Assembly (NCBI GenBank): GCA_951406725.2
Contig: OX597815.1
Location: forward strand, 137,268,001-137,332,000
Length of the DNA stretch: 64,000 bases
From: Octopus vulgaris
Lineage: Eukaryota
Reading direction: 5' to 3'
Position numbers and translations under genes: made by a program. Below, one piece after another: positions 56,719 to 64,000 of the stretch (within the stretch, counting starts at the first letter, position 1; each line of letters begins with the position of its first letter). The notes under the pieces are model-generated. The model made no database searches. It was given only the letters and a program-made list of their open reading frames with translations, and was not told the DNA's origin.

Positions 56719-57262
56719 TAGATATAGATATAGATATATTAATATGTTTTATATAGTTGCATGATTTGTGTAGCATTTTCAGTAATTTAGATATTGTTTC
56801 TCATACTCAGTGGACAAAGTCTATATTTCAAATATCCCCAATGTATGCAATATTAATTCCCTGCCACAGTTACATGAGGAATCAGATAAAACGGAAAACT
56901 TTCCTATCTATTGCAACAGTTGGACAAGTGTTTACTGTACACAAACAGACACACACACACACACAAACACACACATGTACATAAATGCACGTGCATATAT
57001 ACATATATGTATATATATATCTATGTGTGAGTGTGTGGGGGGAGTGTATTCATATTTTATATATATGATATTTACCAAGTATACGTTTATATATCTATAT
57101 ATATAATAAATATATTCTATGCAGTTACATTATGCATGTGTTTGAAAATAAGAATGATACAGATATAAAAATATTATAAATACGTGTATGTATATGACAT
57201 AAAAAGATTTTATATATCATATGTGATATATAAAATCATGCATGTATATCATATTTACTCAC

Positions 57263-57293
<31 letters not shown>

Positions 57294-57839
57294 TATAAAT
57301 GTAAAATATACAGATTATGCGTGTATTTACATATAGATATATATACATACATTATGTGCATATAATGTGTATGTATTATATAATATAAATATTATAGATA
57401 TACAAAATATAAATTAGATATATCATTCCAATATCGTATAAGCATACAATATTAACAACTTGCCACCTGTTAACACGTACAATCGGCTAAAATTGAAACC
57501 CGTCCTTTCTATTACAATGAATGGACTAAAAAGGGATACACATACGCACACATACACACACACACATATAATGTAATAATATATACATTATTATACTTCA
57601 ATTTATAGTATGTCTTATCTCCTCGATAAACTGCAGTGAAATCGCATTTAGAAGTTAAAATATGTCACAAACATTTATGACCTAGCCTAAAGTTTGTTTA
57701 TTTCTCATCGCTACTTCACGCTACTACTTTTGTGTTTTATCAGACCGGATGGTCTACCAGCGCAAATCAGTAACAAGTATTTACCGGCTTATTTTAAAGT
57801 TAAATCTTTCTGCCAGCTGAAGGTGACCTCATTTAGTTT

Positions 57840-57885
57840 CCGCTCCTGAAGAGAGGAAAAATACCCAGAAACGTGTATTTAGCGG
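57840..57885 (+). ncRNA. Decayed hammerhead-like motif
   Basis: ccgctc CTGAAGA gagg..ccca GAAAC gtgt ATT tagcgg. Helix I 5 of 6, helices II and III damaged. Confidence 0.45.
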
Positions 57886-58039
57886 CCTACGGGGGAATTC
57901 CTTTAGCTGATAATGATGTTTTTACAAATTTTTCCAAAACCGAGAATTTTTTCACTGCGGAAAATTGCAGTGAAATTGTCTTTGGTTGAAATATGTCGCA
58001 AACATATAAACAAACGTATATATGTATATATAGCTATTT

Positions 58040-58134
<95 letters not shown>

Positions 58135-58268
58135 CATATACATGAGAGAGAGCTATTTCTATATGTCATAATATTTGTTATATTGATATACATAATACTG
58201 CTATCAGGTTATATATTTATATTCCATATATCATATATCATATATGTATACACATATACTATATGCAT

Positions 58269-58334
<66 letters not shown>

Positions 58335-58594
58335 GTATATTACATATATATATATATATATACACACACAAATATATATATGTCATATATGTGTGTGCGC
58401 GCGTGTGTGTGTACGTGCGACGTGTGTGCTTTCTGATGATATTCGAAAAATACGTAATTAGTCTTGTAGTTGCCAGCTTTTGAATCAACATATATTTTCA
58501 CACCAATATATATTATTGAGTACCCCGCCTTAATTTATAGTTCCCTAAGGTTTATAAATGAGTATTACATAGTATGCTTTACATGTTCCCTATC

Positions 58595-58635
<41 letters not shown>

Positions 58636-59118
58636 TTCTATGTTCCTATCCATTTTATATGTTCCTATATGTTCTTATTACCTCCATACTAACTCATGTC
58701 GGTTGGAGAACAACAGGATTCCTACAAAATTAGGTGTAGTGGAATGTGGTTTTTATACCTTTAATTTTAATTCTATAAAATATATACTGAAACACATTAT
58801 AGATACTATAAAAAATTGAATAAAACCGGTATTAAAGTTTCTTACTCCACAATAGAAAATTATATCAAACAAACTGAAGATCCAGAGAGATCATTTTAAC
58901 CAATTATGGTAACGACATAAAAGCCAACATCAAATCCAGTAACATTCCATTTGCCTCTAATTAGGTTGATTATAATTACGGTTTCATACATATGATACCA
59001 TATGTGTTTATATAATAAATGCATGTAAACATGTATGATCATATGTACATGATACATACATATAAACATACATATTTATGCATATATGTACATGTGTATA
59101 TGTATATGTACATATATA

Positions 59119-59154
<36 letters not shown>

Positions 59155-59162
59155 CTTATACA

Positions 59163-59548
59163 TTATTTAAAGCAGCAGAAAATTCAACAAAACCTGTTAC
59201 TCTGAGTTTACCGTTGCCGTTCGTCGGACAGTTTTTGCTAGAATGGAACCGATATGTGAATTCTATCCAGACTATTATAAACGCTACACCTTTAAAAAAT
59301 GGACTTGTTTGACTGGCCCTTTAGAAATAACGGCCATGTTTCGAGCGATAAACAAAGATGAGTTCAATATATATATATATATATATATAAAAATACAAAA
59401 GATATTTAAAAATATAAAAAATATATAAAAGATATAAAAAAATATTAAAAATATATTTAAAAAATTATAAAATTCGAGGAAAAACCTCCTCGAATTTTAT
59501 AATTTTTTTAGATTTTTTTATATTTTTTATATATTTTTATATTTTTTA

Positions 59549-59586
<38 letters not shown>

Positions 59587-59862
59587 AACTCATCTTTGTT
59601 TGTCGCTCGAAACATGGCCGTTATTTCTAAAGGGCCAATCAAACAAGTCCATTTTTTAAAGGCGTAGCGTTTGTAATAGTCTGGATAGAATTCGCATATC
59701 GGTTCCATTCTAGCAAAAACTGTCCGACGAACGGCAACAGGAAACTCAGAGTAACAGGTTTTGTTGAATTTTCTGCTGCTTTAAATAAAGCATATTACTC
59801 TACCACTGGTATTTGAGTACTCTTTTTTCCACCTTGTTTCACATTTATATGTTTACTCCGGT
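59163..59862. mobile_element. Fold-back element, ~310-bp arms, 6-nt loop, one-sided 3' extension, (TA)n-flanked
   Basis: ORFs 59243-59428(+) and 59508-59708(-) are near-identical. Centre ttcgagga-aaaacc-tcctcgaa (loop 59481-59486). Extension 59789-59862. Confidence 0.93.
59720..59757 (+). ncRNA. Type I hammerhead motif, CCGACGA core (mirror copy 59194-59231 on minus)
   Basis: ctgt CCGACGA acggcaacag GAAAC tcaga GTA acag. Near-palindromic helix III, helix II damaged in this copy. Confidence 0.65.
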
Positions 59863-59865
59863 ATA

Positions 59866-59967
<102 letters not shown>

Positions 59968-60270
59968 TTTATTAATGCATACAATACAATTTGGTAACTC
60001 GAGTTTTATGCCTACGTGAAGGTACTTCATTTAACATCCTAAGGGACATGACCTAGATTTTTGTAAATCATGTTTACCATTATATAAAGTATTACTATTT
60101 CTCAGCGATTACTGTCATCTTTTTCTGTGTCAACGAAGTCAATTATCTTCGGTTCGACATAAAACTCAAGTTACTCTAACCAAAGTTATTCTGCATAAAC
60201 TTAACATTCATAATGCTCTGAGAAACTGAATGTTTTCAATTGCTGAATCTATCAACAAACAGATGGTTAC

Positions 60271-60437
<167 letters not shown>

Positions 60438-60674
60438 TAGAGAATGAGAGAGAGATGATATTCATTCATACGTATAGATATATATTACGAATGTATATAT
60501 ATATATTCATATTTTATATATTATATATATTGATATATTGCAGGAATACATTATGTTTCATATATGTATACTGTATCTATATTATTATATATGTAGTATA
60601 TATTGCCTATAATGTATGTATATGCGTGTATATATAATATATGTATACGCATATATATATACACATATATATAC

Positions 60675-60741
<67 letters not shown>

Positions 60742-60979
60742 ATATATATAAATATATGTATAGACAATTACATATAATGTTTATATACTATTACATATAT
60801 GAGATATATATGCATGTATTTTTGTATAGCTGCCATCGATTCTTAACAAATCTCTATATAAATCTTTATGTATGCCTATTACACAAATCGGAAATCATTA
60901 AGTGCTTTGTGCATATGAATATATGAATATATGCGCATATGCGAATTTGCATCTACATGTGATATCGTGTGTAGAACAG

Positions 60980-61022
<43 letters not shown>

Positions 61023-61066
61023 AGAGTGTGTATATGTATGTGTATATATATATATATGTATGTATG

Positions 61067-61100
<34 letters not shown>

Positions 61101-61192
61101 TGTATGTATGTATGTATGCATGAATGTATTACCATGTAATTGAACTCACTATCTCGCAATCGTCAGAGCAACACCCTAACAACTAAGCCATG

Positions 61193-61245
<53 letters not shown>

Positions 61246-61248
61246 TAT

Positions 61249-61279
<31 letters not shown>

Positions 61280-61298
61280 AAGAGATAGATAGATAGAT

Positions 61299-61399
<101 letters not shown>

Positions 61400-61569
61400 C
61401 GGACACGCACACGCTTACATACATACATATGTTTAGTAAAGCTCATAAGTTTACATCGCAAGTTTCTAACTCCAATAAAGATTATGATAGTTAATTATGT
61501 TAATAATGATGACATCGATAATGATTTCAATTGTTTTGTACATGCGTGTCAATAATACTTGACATCAGC

Positions 61570-62400
61570 TATACAACACTCCCACACAGGTGATACTTTA
61601 CGAATCTAAACGTCATCCATATACATCCTAATGCCTCACCACTGAATACGAACTGCCTCCATAAGCAGATACCTGGAAAACATACTCCAGTTGAGTTGTA
61701 GCGATTTTGTCGCTTGCAACAGCAAAAGAACACAATCCCTTCAGCTATCAAGGCACCTTTATCTCAGACACTCCACTCAAACATGAACAGCTCGATTCAA
61801 ATGCTGGGACATACCATCACTGAGGATCTCTACTAGGAGATACACACCGCTCAATATAGTAAAGAATGCATTAAGAAAGGCTGGCCTCCTTTTTTCAGAG
61901 CCAGAAAATACTTGAGCTTACAACATCCGCTAAACCTTTACAAGACTCACATGGAATCCAGAAAATATTATTGTTTTAGGCAATGACATGTTGGAACACA
62001 TAAAAAAAAAGGTTCAATCGACTTGTTGGCATCAAAACTTTCAAGAACAAACTCCAACCGCTGACCCTCTCACTCCATCTTTCTCTCTCTCTTCTTTCTC
62101 CCTCTTCTTTAGAATTTTCTTCAAAGAGTGCAGTGGCCTGTACTCTTTCAGTTGGATGGTCTCGTACTGTCTGTACTCCAGCATTTCTGCTTCTCTTCGT
62201 TTATCTCTCCTTCTCGAATCACTCATATTGTTTCCAACAAGACAAGACATCGCTTCAACCACTCCACCCACCCATCCAGGCAGAGCTCTTCTGTAGTTCC
62301 TCCTCTGAAAATGGTTTTCTTGCAACTGTTGAAGAGGTGGATCCTTTACAGAATCCATCTCGATTGTCTGCTATGTCCATGAACAAATAAATCCACCAAC
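61570..62400 (+). mobile_element. Decayed CR1-group (Zenon-like) LINE 3' region
   Basis: MLGHTITEDLY*EIH..IVKNALRKAGLL..RARKYLSLQHPLNLYKTH resembles the LGVxIxxxLxWxxHI..LLxLYK thumb region. Confidence 0.55.
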
Positions 62401-63192
62401 AAAATAAGACTAACGTATATGAAATACCATGGAAGACAGAAAGACAAAACTGACCGAAACAATATTTTTACTCCATAATTTCTAAAATTTTGGATGAAGA
62501 GAACAGTCGTTTAGATTGCCGCCATTGCTTGGCTTTATTAGTTTTGTCGACATTAGTAGAGTTGAGAAACAAAGTTTAACCTCAGCAGTATTTAAACTCT
62601 GAACATAACACTATGAATCCAAATACCAGGTGACAGTTCACTCTTCACTCAAATGATTCTGCTATTCTACACATTTGATAATGATTTCTACCTTCAACTG
62701 AGGGTCACGTATTTTGAGATGCATATGATTTACCATTCCACTACCCGACTTATTTATTTATAGCTTCCGTCCCAGAGGAACGATGTCAGAATCGACCCCT
62801 GCTAATGTGATTTGAAACCAGAAATGTAAGATATATAGAGTCCAGTGACCTATCAGTTTTGTCACTTCTCCACTATTCTTATTAATGATTTACAATATAA
62901 GTAGAAGTTTTGGAAGAAGACTATAGTCCATTAGATTTGCTACCATGCTTGCCTGGTATCTAATTTATAGACCCTTGAAATATAAAAGGCAAATTCGAAT
63001 TAAGCTGTTAATGAACCTAGAAAGTTAAGCGAAACTAAATAGTGCAGAATATTTTATCCGGCTCTCTACTGGCTACTCATCGAACAAAGTGCCTTGCTGT
63101 ATTTCTGCGTATTGCAAGACATTCAGTTCGTAAGTCTACAATTCTGCTATTATGTAATAATAATTGTTTCTAGCCTAGACGCAAGGCTAAAA

Positions 63193-63609
63193 AAGCGGTG
63201 ATCTGGCAGAAACGTTAGCACGCCGGGCGAAATACTTAGCGGTATTTCGTCTGCCGTTACGTTCTGAGTTCAAATTCCGCCGAGGTCGACTTTGCCTTTC
63301 ATCCTTTCGGGGTCGATAAATTAAAGTACCAGTTACGCACTGGGGTCGATGTAATCGACTTAATACCTATGTCTGTCCTTGTTTGTCCCCTCTATGTTTA
63401 GCCCCTTGTGGGTAATAAAGAAATAGGTATTATGTCTGCCGTTACGTTCTGAGTTCAAATTCCGCCGAGGTCGACTTTGCCTTTCATCCTTTCGGGGTCG
63501 ATAAATTAAGTACCAGTTACGCACTGGGGTCGATGTAATCGACTTAATCCCTTTGTCTGTCCTTGTTTGTCCCCTCTATGTTTAGCGCCTTGTGGGAAAT
63601 AAAGAAATA
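63193..63609 (+). mobile_element. Young SINE family A with tandem-duplicated body
   Basis: Two near-identical ~185-bp bodies. Imperfect TSD agacgcaa(g/t)gc at 63177-63187 and 63610-63620. Confidence 0.92.
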
Positions 63610-63814
63610 AGACGCAATGCCAAATATTTGCAGGAGTGAATCAGTCGAATATGAGAGGAACTATGATGTCTTGTATAGACACAAATTTTGTGTAAGAAAT
63701 CGAAAATGTTTTTGGAAAGGTGCCTACTCAGTATTTTACTGGTATTCAATTCATCGACTCCGAAATGACGATGATGACAATGATGACGATGAGGATGACA
63801 GTCCTTTCTATCAT

Positions 63815-64000
63815 ATGCACAAGGCCTGAAATTTTGTAGTGGTGGGGGTGCCCGGCTGGTTGCATCGACTCCAGTGTTCTACTGACACTTATTTTATCGA
63901 CCATGAAAAGATGAGAGGCAAAGTCGACCTCAGCGCATTAGAACTCAGAACATAAAGATGTACGAAATGCCGCTAAACATTTTGTTCGGCATGCTAACGA
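63815..64000 (-). mobile_element. SINE family A, runs off the window
   Basis: aggcaaagtcgacctcagcg..gaactcagaac. Older minus copies lie at ~62500-62680 and ~62900-63070. Confidence 0.82.

Noticed and set aside
58735-58852. Old AT-rich imperfect inverted repeat
   Set aside because: Identity is low in very AT-rich DNA and could be chance.
59994-60180. gtaactcgagttttatg / cataaaactcaagttac inverted pair with AAAAC-tcga-GTT box
   Set aside because: Probably a very old fold-back hammerhead element, but the cores are too decayed to call.

Overview
Eukaryotic, very AT-rich and microsatellite-saturated non-coding DNA. The SINE, Dong/R4 and CR1-group repeat content looks like a coleoid cephalopod, probably Octopus (inference, no database search run). 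I see no intact host gene. Most ORFs in the track (YIYI, MYVC, HTHT, poly-I/S/N) are microsatellite translations. Recognisable content: 5'-truncated Dong/R4 (restriction-like endonuclease, REL) LINEs, CR1-group LINE fragments, three tRNA-type SINE families, a ~560-bp (AAT)n-tailed non-coding element, mariner, Penelope and Helitron-like relics, a decayed ankyrin-repeat array and a 100-N gap. The main signal is a set of sequence-unrelated, non-coding fold-back (inverted-repeat) elements, mostly next to (TA)n tracts. Their arms carry type I hammerhead ribozyme motifs with a palindromic (dimer-type) helix III and often a long helix II, and four families have a CCGANGA core instead of CUGANGA. The best case is 51781-52618, where both hammerheads are intact and point outward. 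All folds were checked by eye and coordinates of decayed elements are approximate.
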